NCBI GenBank assembly: GCA_963805975.1
Contig: CAWDVR010000005.1
Location: 512,001 to 576,000, forward strand
Source: an uncultured Acidobacteriota bacterium
GTDB taxonomy: Bacteria; Acidobacteriota; Thermoanaerobaculia; Multivoradales; SZUA-115
Length of the DNA stretch: 64,000 bases
Reading direction: 5' to 3'
Part shown: one piece after another, positions 1 to 9,851 of the stretch
How the letters are laid out: each line of letters opens with the position of its first letter
How positions within the stretch are numbered: the stretch's first letter is position 1
Notes under the pieces: generated by a model
What the model saw: only the letters and a program-made list of their open reading frames with translations
Database searches by the model: none
What the model was told of the DNA's origin: nothing
Translations under genes and position numbers: made by a program

Positions 1-1107
1 GTGGTCGTAGTCGAAGAACTTGATTCCCATCGCGCCCCAGGAGGTCTTGGGAAAGCGCTCGGCCGTGCGGTCCACGAAGCGCTGGCCGCCCTGGTTCTCG
101 AAGTAGTGGTTGTCGCCCTGCATGTTGAGCACGAAGAGGTCCGGGAAGCCGTCGCCGTTCACGTCGTGGAAGCTCGCGTCGCCGCTCCAGCTCCCGTCCT
201 CGAGGCCCACCTTCTTGCTCACGTCCTCGAAGCGGTTGCCGCCCAGGTTGCGGTAGAGGATGTTGTAGTCGGTGCGGTCCGGGCGGAGGTGGCCGCTGAA
301 GGCGTCGGGGTAGCCGATGTAGTAACCGCCCCGGCCTTTCGCTTCGGTGGTGTACTTGCCGACGTTGGTGAGCAGCAGGTCGAGCTTGCCGTCGCGGTCG
401 TAGTCGAAGAACACGGCGCCCGAGGAGTGGCCGGAGAAGTCGAGGCCGGCGGCCTTGCTCACGTCTTTGAAGCGGCCCTTGCCGTCGTTCTCGAACAGCA
501 CGTTGCCGGTGCGCACGCTGGTGACGAAGAGGTCCGGGTCGCCGTCGTTGTCCACATCGGCGAAAGAGGCGGTGACGCCGATGCGGTCGGCGAGGGCTAC
601 CCCGGCCTCGGCGGTCACGTTCCGGAACTTGCCGGCGCCCAGGTTCTTCCACAGCTCGTTGCCGCCGAGCTGGGAGCTGAAGTAGAGGTCGATCCGACCG
701 TCGCCGTCCACGTCCGCCGCGGCGAGCCCGTTGCCGTGGTCGTAGTGCACGGCCTTGTAGTCGCGGCCGGCGTCGTCGACGATCTGGTGCTTGAAGGTGA
801 TGCCGCTCTCGGCCTGGCGGTCGGTGAAGCGGAAGCCGTGGAAGACCTCGAACTGCCAGAGCGTCTGGAGCTGGTTGAAGCCGCGGATGTCGAGCGTCTC
901 GAGGTTGCTGTCCACCGGCGGCACGTAGAGGTTCTCGCCGCTGGCGGCCGAGCCCCCGCCCGGCTGAGAGAGCTGTGCGCTGGCCAGGTGGTCGTGGGCC
1001 CACGCCGCTCCCGCGACGCCCGTGGCGAGCGCGAGTGTAGAGAGCACGGCCAACGACGGCCTCGTCGCGCGAAGGCGGTACGGGCGTTGCGCTGAGTGGA
1101 GCTTCAT
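1..1107 (-). CDS. CRTAC1/ASPIC-UnbV-like FG-GAP repeat secreted protein (3' end runs off window)
   Basis: Not in the ORF track (no stop in window). Manual reverse translation from ATG 1107 (GGAGA RBS upstream): MKLHSAQ... signal-like segment, then FTDRQAESGITF, DHGNGLAAADVDGDGRIDLYF, ADVDNDGDPDLFV, DYDRDGKLDL repeats. Confidence 0.85.
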   Translation of the reverse strand, partial: MKLHSAQRPYRLRATRPSLAVLSTLALATGVAGAAWAHDHLASAQLSQPGGGSAASGENLYVPPVDSNLETLDIRGFNQLQTLWQFEVFHGFRFTDRQAESGITFKHQIVDDAGRDYKAVHYDHGNGLAAADVDGDGRIDLYFSSQLGGNELWKNLGAGKFRNVTAEAGVALADRIGVTASFADVDNDGDPDLFVTSVRTGNVLFENDGKGRFKDVSKAAGLDFSGHSSGAVFFDYDRDGKLDLLLTNVGKYTTEAKGRGGYYIGYPDAFSGHLRPDRTDYNILYRNLGGNRFEDVSKKVGLEDGSWSGDASFHDVNGDGFPDLFVLNMQGDNHYFENQGGQRFVDRTAERFPKTSWGAMGIKFFDYDH

Positions 1108-1166
1108 GAATGGGTTCTCCGGTGGGATGGACGGAGCCGTGAAGCTACTACAGGCTCGACGCCGTC

Positions 1167-4100
1167 TCAAGCGTCTGGCTCGGTCACCAAGCTCTCCACG
1201 CGATAGCTCGCCTCGGCCGCTGCGACCGAGAGGGCCTGGGCGGCTGCCCGGATCTCGTCGATCCGCTCCGAGCTCGGGCCCTCGACGGCTGCCCAAGTGA
1301 GCAGGCGCTCGAAGGACTCTCGGTGGAAGTAGGTCCAGCCCTCGAAGCGGTTGAGGCGCAGGGCGAGGCGCATGTCCGGCTCGCCGAACCATGCCGACCA
1401 GGCCGCCGGTGCGCTCACTCGAAGGGGCGGCAGAAGACCGGCGACCAGCACCTTGAGCTCGAGCAGGGCATCGCGGGCCGGCTCCTCGCCGGCTCCCAAG
1501 CCCTGGAACGAGGCGAGGAGCTGCTTGCCGAGCAGCAGGTCGTCGAGCAGGTCGCGGGACGATACGACGGTGCCGGCGATCGCGGGAACCTCACCCAGGC
1601 GGCGGAGGAGGAACCACGCGTAGAGCACCGCCAGCGCGGGTACGGCTCCGTCGGCCGGTTCGGCGGTGAGAAAAGCGCGAGGGTCGAAGTCAGCCTGCAT
1701 CTCGGCTGCCTCTGGGGCACCTTCGGCGAGGATCGGCGCCTCCTCTTCCTCCAGGTCCGAGGCCGGTGAGGCGAGCCACGCGACCACGGCCTCCAGGTCC
1801 AGGCGAGCGGCGCGGGCGAGACCGGCGAGCCCTTCAGAATCGGCCGGCGGCTCGGCGTTCGCCGGCTCCGCCGAGTTGAGCGCCTCGGTTGCCCCCTCGC
1901 TCGCCCCCTCGCTCTCACGGTGCCGCTCGAGCGCCTGGAGGAAGGCGAGGAGATGCTCCTCCACCTCGGCGAGCACCGCTACCAAGGGCTCGGCCGGGGC
2001 ACGCGAGAGGGCGGCGTCGAGGAAGCGATGGACGAGCTCCGGCTCGATCAGGGTGCGGAACGGCCCGAGCACCGCTTCGAGCGTGGGCTCGAGCAGGGCC
2101 TCGGCGAGGCTCGGCACCCCGCGCCCGGCGAGCGCCGCGGCGAGCGCGGCCCAGCGGCCGTCCAAGTCCTCGAAGATCGCCTCGAAGTCGAGAAAGACGT
2201 GGCATCCGTAGCCGCCGAGCGCCAGGAGCAGCCCGGCGCTCACGATCTCGCGCGGATCGAAGAGGTGCTCGAAGCCGGTCACGGCGTCGCGGCAGGAGAG
2301 GAGCAGCGGGCGCCTGTCCTCCGGGTCCGGTTCCTCGAGGCCCAACGTGTGCGCGAGCGTCTCCCAGCGCAGGTGCGGCCGCTCGGCGCCTTCCACTTTG
2401 AAGGCGATCGGCACCGAGCGGCGCAGGCGCCCGCTGGTCGTGCCCGGCCGGTTGTGGAAGACGACCAGGGCCCGCTCCTCGCCCAGCCGGTTGGCGTAGG
2501 CGAAGACGTCCTCGTCCACCACGCCGAGGGACTTCTCGAAATCGAAGAGCACGAAGCTAAGGGCGCCGGCGAAGAGCCGCCGCCGCTCGAGGAGCGGCAC
2601 GATCTGGCGCTCGTGGCGGGCCACGATCCAGGGGTCCGGCCGCTCGTCGCGGTAGGCGCGCGCGTACTCCATGCCGTAGCGCTCGACGAAGCCCTCGATC
2701 TGGCCGTGACCGAACATCGGCAGGCCCGGCAGGGTGGCGAGGAGGGTGGCGGCGCCGAAGTACTTGTCGCCACTCCCGAACTGGTCGATCGCCGTGCGCT
2801 CGTCCGGGTTGCTCATGAAGTTGACGTACCGTTGGAGGATTCCCGGCTCGAAGGCGAGGACGTTCTTGATCGCCTTGCGGTAGTCGGCATTGCGCTCGTC
2901 GCGAAGCAGGATCATGAACGCGCTGTTGTACACGCGGTGCATGCCGAGCGAGCGCACGAAGTAGGTTTCCATGAGCCAGAACGCCTCGGCCAGGAGCAGC
3001 GTGTCCGGCGCCTCCAGGGCCACGCGGTCCACCACCTCGCGGAAGAACTCGACCGGCATCCGGCGGTCGAACTCCTCCTCGGACAGGCCGTGCTCGGAGC
3101 GCGAGGGGATGTCGCCGCCGCTCCCCGGCGGCGGGTACCACAGCCGCCGCACGTGGCGGCGGGCGAGGGTCATGGCGGCGTCGAAGCGGATGACGGGGAA
3201 GCGCCGCGCGACGTCGAGGATGGTCTCGAGCACCGCCTCGCGCACCTCCGGCTGCAAGTAGTCGAGCTGCGCCGTGTCGTTCCACGGCGTCGAGGTGCCG
3301 TCGTTGCCGTGGTAGAGGTAGGCGATCTCTTCTTGGACGCGGTCCACCCGCTGGAAGACCACGGCGGCGTCCGTGCGGTCGTAGTAGTGGTCCTCGAGGT
3401 AGATGCCCACGTCCGGGTCGGGTGAGAGGTCCGGGCCGCCGAAGGTGTAGGCCCGAAACGGCGGCTCTGGGACCTGGAGGAAGCGCTCCGGATGCTCGAG
3501 CACCCACTCGGAGTCGATGCCGAAGTGGTTCGGCACCATGTCGCAGGCGAGGCGGAGGCCGTGCTTCAGCGCCTGCCGGCGCAGCTCGTCGAGGGCCTCC
3601 TCGCCGCCCAGCTCGGCGGCGATGGTGTAGGAGTCCACGGCGTAGGCCGAGGCCGCCGCCTCCGGGTTGCCCGTCGCCTGCTTGATCTGCCGCGAGGCGG
3701 CGCTCCTCTGCCAGAGGCCGATCAGCCACAGGCCGGTGAAGCCGCGTCGGGCCAGGAGCTCGAGCTCGCTCTCCGGGATCTCGTCGAGGCGGGTGATCGG
3801 CCGGCCGTGCGCGACCGAGAGCTGCGCCAGCCAGACCAGCGTGTTCTTGGCCATCAGCACCAGCCGCGGCATCCAGTCGAGGTCAGGGCTGAACTGTTCG
3901 GGGCCTTCGGGCTCGGGCTCCGCCTCCGGCACCTCGACCGGCCCCGGCCCCGGCGGGAAGACCGGCCGCTCCTCCTCGCGCAGCAGGTCGGCGGCGCGGA
4001 GCTGCCGTGCGGCCTGCGGCCCGGGCGGAGGCGGGGGTGCGTACTCCCGGGTGAGCAGGCGGAGCTGGCCGGAGAGCGATCGCGGTTCCTCGATGGCCGG

Positions 4101-4832
4101 CGCCTGGAGCGCCTCGAACAGGCTGCGGCGCTCCTCCGGCGGCGAGGTGGCGGTCGGCGCTTCGGGGTAGGCCGGCCGGTCGGCCAGGAACTCCTCGAGC
4201 GCGGTGATCACCTCCGGGTAGGCCGTCTCGCGCCGCAGCACGCCGTCGTCGAACAGCTCGCGGAAGGGCGCAAAGGCCGGGCTCGAGTTGGCGAGCCAGA
4301 GGATCACCAGCTCCTCGATCAGGATCTCGCGGTGGCTGCGGCCGCCGGTCTCGGCGGCGAGGTAGTCCTCGAGGGTAGCCTCGCCCGTCCACACCGCGAG
4401 CGGCGGGAACTCGCGCGCGAAAGCGAGGAGCGTCGCCTCCACGCGCTCGGGCCCCAGGCGATCGCCGATCCAGGCGAGGGCCTCCGCGAGCACGCCGCCG
4501 TCCACCTCCCGCCGGTAGTGCTCGACCATGGAGTGCAGCAGCTCGTGGACCAGGCCCAGGGCGTAGATGCGGGCCGGGGTGACGGCGAGGGCGAGGTCGC
4601 GGTCGACCTCCGAGAGCTCCGTGGCCAGCCGGTCCGCCAGGCGCCGCGCCGCCGCCACGTCCGCGAACACGGCGCCGCCGGCGAGCGAGAAGAGAGAGGA
4701 GTCGAGCCCGAAGCGCTCGCGGGCGCGGCGGGAGACGTGGAGGTCGAGACGGGGCGATCCGTGAGGAGGCGGGCCGCTGCTCGAGGTCAGCCTGATGCGA
4801 GGCAGCCAGCGGGCGGTGAGCGGCACGGTCAT
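1167..4832 (-). CDS. Large GH13 alpha-amylase family protein
   Basis: GH13 conserved regions DMVPNH, RFDAAM (nucleophile), LAEAFW (acid/base), NPDE; long N- and C-terminal extensions; exact start uncertain. Confidence 0.85.
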   Translation of the reverse strand: MTVPLTARWLPRIRLTSSSGPPPHGSPRLDLHVSRRARERFGLDSSLFSLAGGAVFADVAAARRLADRLATELSEVDRDLALAVTPARIYALGLVHELLHSMVEHYRREVDGGVLAEALAWIGDRLGPERVEATLLAFAREFPPLAVWTGEATLEDYLAAETGGRSHREILIEELVILWLANSSPAFAPFRELFDDGVLRRETAYPEVITALEEFLADRPAYPEAPTATSPPEERRSLFEALQAPAIEEPRSLSGQLRLLTREYAPPPPPGPQAARQLRAADLLREEERPVFPPGPGPVEVPEAEPEPEGPEQFSPDLDWMPRLVLMAKNTLVWLAQLSVAHGRPITRLDEIPESELELLARRGFTGLWLIGLWQRSAASRQIKQATGNPEAAASAYAVDSYTIAAELGGEEALDELRRQALKHGLRLACDMVPNHFGIDSEWVLEHPERFLQVPEPPFRAYTFGGPDLSPDPDVGIYLEDHYYDRTDAAVVFQRVDRVQEEIAYLYHGNDGTSTPWNDTAQLDYLQPEVREAVLETILDVARRFPVIRFDAAMTLARRHVRRLWYPPPGSGGDIPSRSEHGLSEEEFDRRMPVEFFREVVDRVALEAPDTLLLAEAFWLMETYFVRSLGMHRVYNSAFMILLRDERNADYRKAIKNVLAFEPGILQRYVNFMSNPDERTAIDQFGSGDKYFGAATLLATLPGLPMFGHGQIEGFVERYGMEYARAYRDERPDPWIVARHERQIVPLLERRRLFAGALSFVLFDFEKSLGVVDEDVFAYANRLGEERALVVFHNRPGTTSGRLRRSVPIAFKVEGAERPHLRWETLAHTLGLEEPDPEDRRPLLLSCRDAVTGFEHLFDPREIVSAGLLLALGGYGCHVFLDFEAIFEDLDGRWAALAAALAGRGVPSLAEALLEPTLEAVLGPFRTLIEPELVHRFLDAALSRAPAEPLVAVLAEVEEHLLAFLQALERHRESEGASEGATEALNSAEPANAEPPADSEGLAGLARAARLDLEAVVAWLASPASDLEEEEAPILAEGAPEAAEMQADFDPRAFLTAEPADGAVPALAVLYAWFLLRRLGEVPAIAGTVVSSRDLLDDLLLGKQLLASFQGLGAGEEPARDALLELKVLVAGLLPPLRVSAPAAWSAWFGEPDMRLALRLNRFEGWTYFHRESFERLLTWAAVEGPSSERIDEIRAAAQALSVAAAEASYRVESLVTEPDA

Positions 4833-4879
4833 GGGTGGACCGGAACGGTCGCGATTCGGATCGAGCTCTCCGTGCTCCC

Positions 4880-4975
4880 CGAGGTGCGAGTGCCCCGAGT
4901 GTCCTGGTCCGGTGCTCGAGCTCCCTGGCGGGCGGCCTGCGCTCCTCCCAGGACACTCGGGGCACTCGCACCTCG
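4880..4975. repeat. Perfect 28-bp inverted repeat with 40-nt spacer (MITE/REPIN-like)
   Basis: CGAGGTGCGAGTGCCCCGAGTGTCCTGG (4880-4907) and its exact reverse complement (4948-4975) in the divergent intergenic region. Confidence 0.85.
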
Positions 4976-5065
4976 ATCCGAACAGCTACCGGCCGGGTGC
5001 CGACTACAGTATCAGGCGCTTGCTACGGTAAGATCGGTGCGGCGGGTCGCGAGGGCACTTCTGGC

Positions 5066-6118
5066 ATGGCTTCCACTCATATCGGCATCGGCATCCAAGG
5101 GTTCGGCCGCATCGGCCGGAGCCTGCTGCGCCTGCTCTACGAGCGCCATGCCGTAGAGGGGCGGGACGACCTGAGACTGCTCGCCATCGCCGATCCCGCC
5201 GATCCCAAGGCCCTCGCCTACCTCGTCCGCTTCGACACCCTGCTCGGGCGCTTCCCGGCCCCCGTCTCTCTCGATGGCAATGCTCTTCTGGTCGGCGGCC
5301 AGCCCATTCACGTCGCGAAGACGGACCAGCCCGGCCAGGTGCCGTGGGGCGAGCTGGGCGTCGACGTGGTGATCGAGGCCTCCTCCAGACCGCGGCGCCG
5401 CGCCGACCTCGAGCAGCACCTGGCGGCCGGCGCGAAACGGGTGATCCTCTGCTCGCCGCCCGCCGAGCCGCCGGACCTGACCGTGGTCGAGCCCTTGAAC
5501 GGCCACCTGCTCTCCCGCGAGCAGCGGATCGTCTCCAACGCCTCTTCCACCGCCCACTGCGCGGGGCCGGTGGCGAAGGTCCTCGCCGACGCCTTCGGCA
5601 TCGAGCGGCTGTTTCTCGCCACCGTCCACGCCTACACCGACCAGCAGCGGCTGGCCGACGTGCCGGAGAGCGACTGGCGCCGCGGGCGGGCGGCGGCCGA
5701 GAACGTGATCCCCCAGGAGACCAACGCCGGGGCGATGCTCGAAGAGCTGATCCCCGAGCTGGCCGGCCGGGTGACGGCGATGTCGATGAACGTGCCGGTG
5801 GCGAACGGCTCGCTGGTCGATCTCGTCTGCTGGCACCAGCGCGAGGTCACGGCCGGGGCGATCAACGAGGTTCTGCGCGCCGCCGCGGCGAGCGAACGCT
5901 GGCGCCGCGTGCTCGCCTTCGAGACCGAGCCCATCGTCTCCTCCGACGTGCTCGGAAGCTCCGCCTCCGCCGTCTTCGACTCGGAGGCCACCATGGTCCT
6001 CGGCGACCACGTGTCGAAGACCCTGGCCTGGTTCGACAATGCCAGCGGCTACGCGCGGCGCGTGCTGGAGCTGATCGAGCGTTTCGCCGCCCTGGACCGG
6101 GAGGGCGACACGCCGTGA
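5066..6118 (+). CDS. Type I GAPDH-like protein lacking catalytic cysteine
   Basis: IGIQGFGRIGR Rossmann motif, PWGELGVDVVIE, HAYT, WFDN; active-site motif reads NASSTAHC instead of NASCTTNC. Confidence 0.85.
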   Translation: MASTHIGIGIQGFGRIGRSLLRLLYERHAVEGRDDLRLLAIADPADPKALAYLVRFDTLLGRFPAPVSLDGNALLVGGQPIHVAKTDQPGQVPWGELGVDVVIEASSRPRRRADLEQHLAAGAKRVILCSPPAEPPDLTVVEPLNGHLLSREQRIVSNASSTAHCAGPVAKVLADAFGIERLFLATVHAYTDQQRLADVPESDWRRGRAAAENVIPQETNAGAMLEELIPELAGRVTAMSMNVPVANGSLVDLVCWHQREVTAGAINEVLRAAAASERWRRVLAFETEPIVSSDVLGSSASAVFDSEATMVLGDHVSKTLAWFDNASGYARRVLELIERFAALDREGDTP

Positions 6119-7152
6119 GCGCGATCCGGATCGGCATCAACGGCTTCGGGCGCATCGGCCGGAGCGTCTTCCGTGTGCTGCACGAGGCGCGAGTCGGCCA
6201 CGGCCGCGACCGGGAAGAGGGCGCCCGGCTCGAGGTGGTGGCGATCAACGACCTGTACGAGAACGAGCAGCTCGCCTACCTCTTGGAGCACGACACGGTG
6301 ATGGGCCGCTTCGAGGGCGAGGTCGCGGCGGACGCCGAGTCGATGACCGTCGACGGCCGGCGCATCGAGATGACGGCCGAGAAAGACCCGGCGGCGATCC
6401 CGTGGAGCGCGCTGGGCGTCGACTTCGTGGTCGAGTGCACCGGCGTCTTTCGCACCCGCGAGGGCCTGGCGCGGCATCTCGCCGGCGGCGCGCGGAAGGT
6501 CGTCCTGACGGTGCCGGCCGAGGACGAGATCGACGCCATGATCGTGATCGGCGTCAACGAGCACACGCTGAGACCGGAGCACGCGCTGGTCTCGAACGCC
6601 TCCTGCACCACCAACTGCCTGTCGCCGATCGCCAAGATCCTCGACCAGGCGTTCGGCATCGAGGAAGGGCTCATCACCACCGTCCACGCCTACACCAACG
6701 ACCAGCGGCTGGCGGACGTGCCGCACAAGGACCTGCGCCGGAGCCGCGCGGCGGCGGAGAACGTGATCCCCACCACGACCGGCGCGGCGCGCGCCGTGGG
6801 CAAGGTGCTGCCCCACCTCGACGGCCGCCTGGACGGCATTGCCGTGCGCGTGCCGGTGCCGGACGGCTCGATCGTCGATCTCGTCTGCCGCGTGCGCGCC
6901 AGGCCCACCGCGGCGCAGGTCAACGCCGCCGTCCGCGCCGCCGCCGAAGGGCCGCTCGCGCGCATCGTCGAGTACAGCGAGACGCCGCTGGTGTCCTCCG
7001 ACGTGATCGGCAACCCGCACTCGTCGGTGTTCGACGCGCTCTCGACCCGCGCCACGGGCGACGGCTACCTGCGTGCCGTGGCCTGGTACGACAACGAGTG
7101 GGGCTACTCGAACCGGGTCGTGGACCTGCTCGCGCTGATGGCTAGAATGTAG
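6115..7152 (+). CDS. gap: Type I glyceraldehyde-3-phosphate dehydrogenase
   Basis: GTG start overlapping upstream stop; IGINGFGRIGR, NASCTTNC, TTTGAA, WYDNEWGY. Confidence 0.95.
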   Translation: MSAIRIGINGFGRIGRSVFRVLHEARVGHGRDREEGARLEVVAINDLYENEQLAYLLEHDTVMGRFEGEVAADAESMTVDGRRIEMTAEKDPAAIPWSALGVDFVVECTGVFRTREGLARHLAGGARKVVLTVPAEDEIDAMIVIGVNEHTLRPEHALVSNASCTTNCLSPIAKILDQAFGIEEGLITTVHAYTNDQRLADVPHKDLRRSRAAAENVIPTTTGAARAVGKVLPHLDGRLDGIAVRVPVPDGSIVDLVCRVRARPTAAQVNAAVRAAAEGPLARIVEYSETPLVSSDVIGNPHSSVFDALSTRATGDGYLRAVAWYDNEWGYSNRVVDLLALMARM

Positions 7153-7200
7153 CCGACTCCCGCCTCGACCGCCGTTCGCGGAGCCCCCAGGAGATTGTCG

Positions 7201-9327
7201 ATGCCGTCATCGAAGACGCAGATCCGCGTGCCCTGCCTGCCGGTGGCCGACATCGAGCTGCCGGGCGAGGTGGCACGGCTCTACGAGCTCGCCTACAACC
7301 TGTGGTGGACCTGGAGCTCGCAGGCGCGGATGATGTTCCGCGCGATCGACCCCCACGCCTGGGAGCTCTACCGCAACCCGGTGCAGCTCCTGATCAACGT
7401 CGAGCCCTCGCACTGGCGGCCCTTGCTCGACAACCGCGAGTTCCTCTCCACCTACCGTGAGGTGCTGGCGCAGTTCGAGGACTACGTGCACCGCTCGGAG
7501 CCCACCTGGTTCGAGCGAAAATACAAGAGCTACAAGGGCGGGCCGATCGCCTACTTCTCGATGGAGTACGGCCTGCACGCCTCGCTCGCCATCTACTCGG
7601 GCGGCCTGGGTGTGCTCTCCGGGGACCACGCGAAGAGCGCCAGCGACCTGGGCTTGCCCTTCGTGGCGGTCGGCCTCGCCTACCGGCGCGGCTACTTCCA
7701 CCAGACCGTGGACGGCGAGGGCCGCCAGCAGCACACCTACCCGGAATACGACTTCGCCCGCCTGCCGCTGCGCCCGGCGGCGGACGCCACCGGCCAGGAG
7801 CTGCGGGTGAAAGTGCCGCTGCCGGGCCGCGAGGTCCAGGCCCGCGTCTGGGTGGTGGAGATCGGTCGCGTGCCGCTCCTGCTGCTCGACACCCACGTGC
7901 CCGAGAACCATCCCGCGGACCGGCCGATCACCGGCACGCTCTACGTCTCCGGCCGCGAGATGCGCCTGGTGCAGGAGCTGGTGCTGGGCGTCGGCGGCGC
8001 ACGGGCGCTCGCCGCGCTGGGGCTAAGGCCGGCCGTGTGGCACATCAACGAGGGCCACTGCGCGCTGCTGCAGCTCGAACGGCTGAGGACGGTGCCGCCC
8101 GCGGAGCTCGGCAGGGAGATGGTCTTCACCACCCACACGCCGGTGCCGGCCGGCAACGAGGCCTTCGACCGCGACCTCGCCGCCACCTATCTCGCGCCGT
8201 GGAGCGAGGAGACCGGCCTGCCGCTCGCGGATCTGCTGGCGCTCGGCGAGGCGGGGCAGAGCCCGGGGGACACCGCCTTCAACCTGACCGCGCTCGCGGT
8301 GCGCACCAGCCGCGCGGTCAATGCCGTCTCCAAGCTCAACGCCCAGGTGACGAGCCGCATGTGGGGCCACCTGCTGCCGGCCCCGAAGGAGGGGCAGGAC
8401 GCCATCTTCCCGATCACCAACGGCGTCCATCCCTCGAGCTGGGTGGGCCGCGACGTGCGCGCCCTGTTCGCGAGCTACGTCGGCAGCGACTGGCAGGAGA
8501 AGCTGCTCACCGAGGCGGCGTGGCGGCGCTTTCGCGAGGTGCCGGACGCCGAGCTGTGGGCGGCCCACCAGGAACAGAAGAGGCGGCTCGGGACCCTGAT
8601 CCGCGACCGCTGCCGCGACCAGTTCGCCCGCCACGGCCGCTCGCCCGGCGAGCTGCGCACGGTGGACGAGCTGTTCGACCCCGCGGCCCTGACCATCGCC
8701 TTCGCCCGCCGCTTCGCCACCTACAAGCGCGCCAAGCTCATCTTCTCGGACCTGGCGCGCCTCTCCACCCTGCTCTGTGACGACGACACGCCGGTGCAGC
8801 TCCTCTTCGCCGGCAAGGCCCACCCGGCCGACCAGGCCGGTCAGGCGCTGATCCAGCAGATCTTCGCCCTCTCGCAGACGCCGTCGCTCAAGGGCCGGGT
8901 GATCTTCCTCGAGGACTACGACCTGCGGGTGGGCCGCAGCCTGGTGCAGGGTGCGGACGTGTGGCTCAACACCCCGCGGCGGCCCATGGAGGCCTCCGGC
9001 ACCAGCGGCCAGAAGGCGGCGATGAACGGCGCCCTCAACCTGAGCATCCTCGACGGCTGGTGGCCGGAAGGCTTCGACGGCGAGAACGGCTGGGCGATCG
9101 AGGACGAGGTCAAGCCCAGCGAAGCGGAGCAGGATGCGGCCGACGCCGAGACCCTCTACCGCCTGCTGGAGCAGGAAGTGGTGCCCGCCTTCTACGACCG
9201 TGGCGCGGACGGCCTGCCGCACGCCTGGATCGCGCGCATGAAAGACGCCATCGCCACCATCACGCCGCGCTTTTCCTCCAACCGCATGGTGCGGGACTAT
9301 GTGGAGCGGAGCTATTTTCCGAAGTAA
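7201..9327 (+). CDS. glgP: Alpha-glucan (glycogen/maltodextrin) phosphorylase, GT35
   Basis: AYFSMEYG, YSGGLGVLSGDH, ARRFATYKRA, EASGTSGQKA PLP-binding motif. Confidence 0.95.
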   Translation: MPSSKTQIRVPCLPVADIELPGEVARLYELAYNLWWTWSSQARMMFRAIDPHAWELYRNPVQLLINVEPSHWRPLLDNREFLSTYREVLAQFEDYVHRSEPTWFERKYKSYKGGPIAYFSMEYGLHASLAIYSGGLGVLSGDHAKSASDLGLPFVAVGLAYRRGYFHQTVDGEGRQQHTYPEYDFARLPLRPAADATGQELRVKVPLPGREVQARVWVVEIGRVPLLLLDTHVPENHPADRPITGTLYVSGREMRLVQELVLGVGGARALAALGLRPAVWHINEGHCALLQLERLRTVPPAELGREMVFTTHTPVPAGNEAFDRDLAATYLAPWSEETGLPLADLLALGEAGQSPGDTAFNLTALAVRTSRAVNAVSKLNAQVTSRMWGHLLPAPKEGQDAIFPITNGVHPSSWVGRDVRALFASYVGSDWQEKLLTEAAWRRFREVPDAELWAAHQEQKRRLGTLIRDRCRDQFARHGRSPGELRTVDELFDPAALTIAFARRFATYKRAKLIFSDLARLSTLLCDDDTPVQLLFAGKAHPADQAGQALIQQIFALSQTPSLKGRVIFLEDYDLRVGRSLVQGADVWLNTPRRPMEASGTSGQKAAMNGALNLSILDGWWPEGFDGENGWAIEDEVKPSEAEQDAADAETLYRLLEQEVVPAFYDRGADGLPHAWIARMKDAIATITPRFSSNRMVRDYVERSYFPK

Positions 9328-9407
9328 GTTTGAAAGGGTAGCGAGCGGGCTTCTGTGCAGCCCTGACTGGCTTCCCCTTCCCCACTGGCGCGGTCAGACC
9401 CCGACGG

Positions 9408-9851
9408 TTAGAGGCACGAAATCGGCGGCCAGCAGTCCACGCAGTACGCGCGGCCGCACTGGACCGCCCCGCCTCCCGACGCCCGGCACTCGCAGTAGCC
9501 ACATGGATCGAGGCAGCTCGGGGACGGTGTGCAGCCGGGGAACGGGCAGTTGGTGGTGACGCCGTCGCAGGTGACGGAGGTGGAAGTGACGGTACATGAG
9601 CTGTGGCCGGTGCAGCTGATAAAGCAGCCGCTAGAGCAGGTCTGCTGGGCGTTGCAGTGGTTGAGCTCGAGCGGGGCGGGAGCAGCCCCGGGCAGCTCGA
9701 GCAGGTCGGACAGGCCGGCGGTCGCCACCTGGCAGGCGGGCGGGGCGGGGGAGAGGGACGCCGGCAGCGCGGCATCGACGCCGGCAGCGGCCGGCAGGGC
9801 CAGGACGGTGCCGAAACAGAGAGCAAGCACGGCGAAACGGCTTCTGGACAT
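9408..9851 (-). CDS. Secreted cysteine-rich small protein
   Basis: AGGAGG RBS, hydrophobic signal peptide, Pro/Ala-rich spacer, then 16 Cys in the last ~82 aa. Confidence 0.75.
   Translation of the reverse strand: MSRSRFAVLALCFGTVLALPAAAGVDAALPASLSPAPPACQVATAGLSDLLELPGAAPAPLELNHCNAQQTCSSGCFISCTGHSSCTVTSTSVTCDGVTTNCPFPGCTPSPSCLDPCGYCECRASGGGAVQCGRAYCVDCWPPISCL

Noticed and set aside
1-1095. 364-aa + strand ORF
   Set aside because: Antisense shadow (V/A/E-rich) of the minus-strand FG-GAP/CRTAC1-like gene, which has clear motifs and an RBS
5066-6118. First GAPDH paralog as erythrose-4-phosphate dehydrogenase (epd)
   Set aside because: Epd retains the catalytic Cys; here it is Ser
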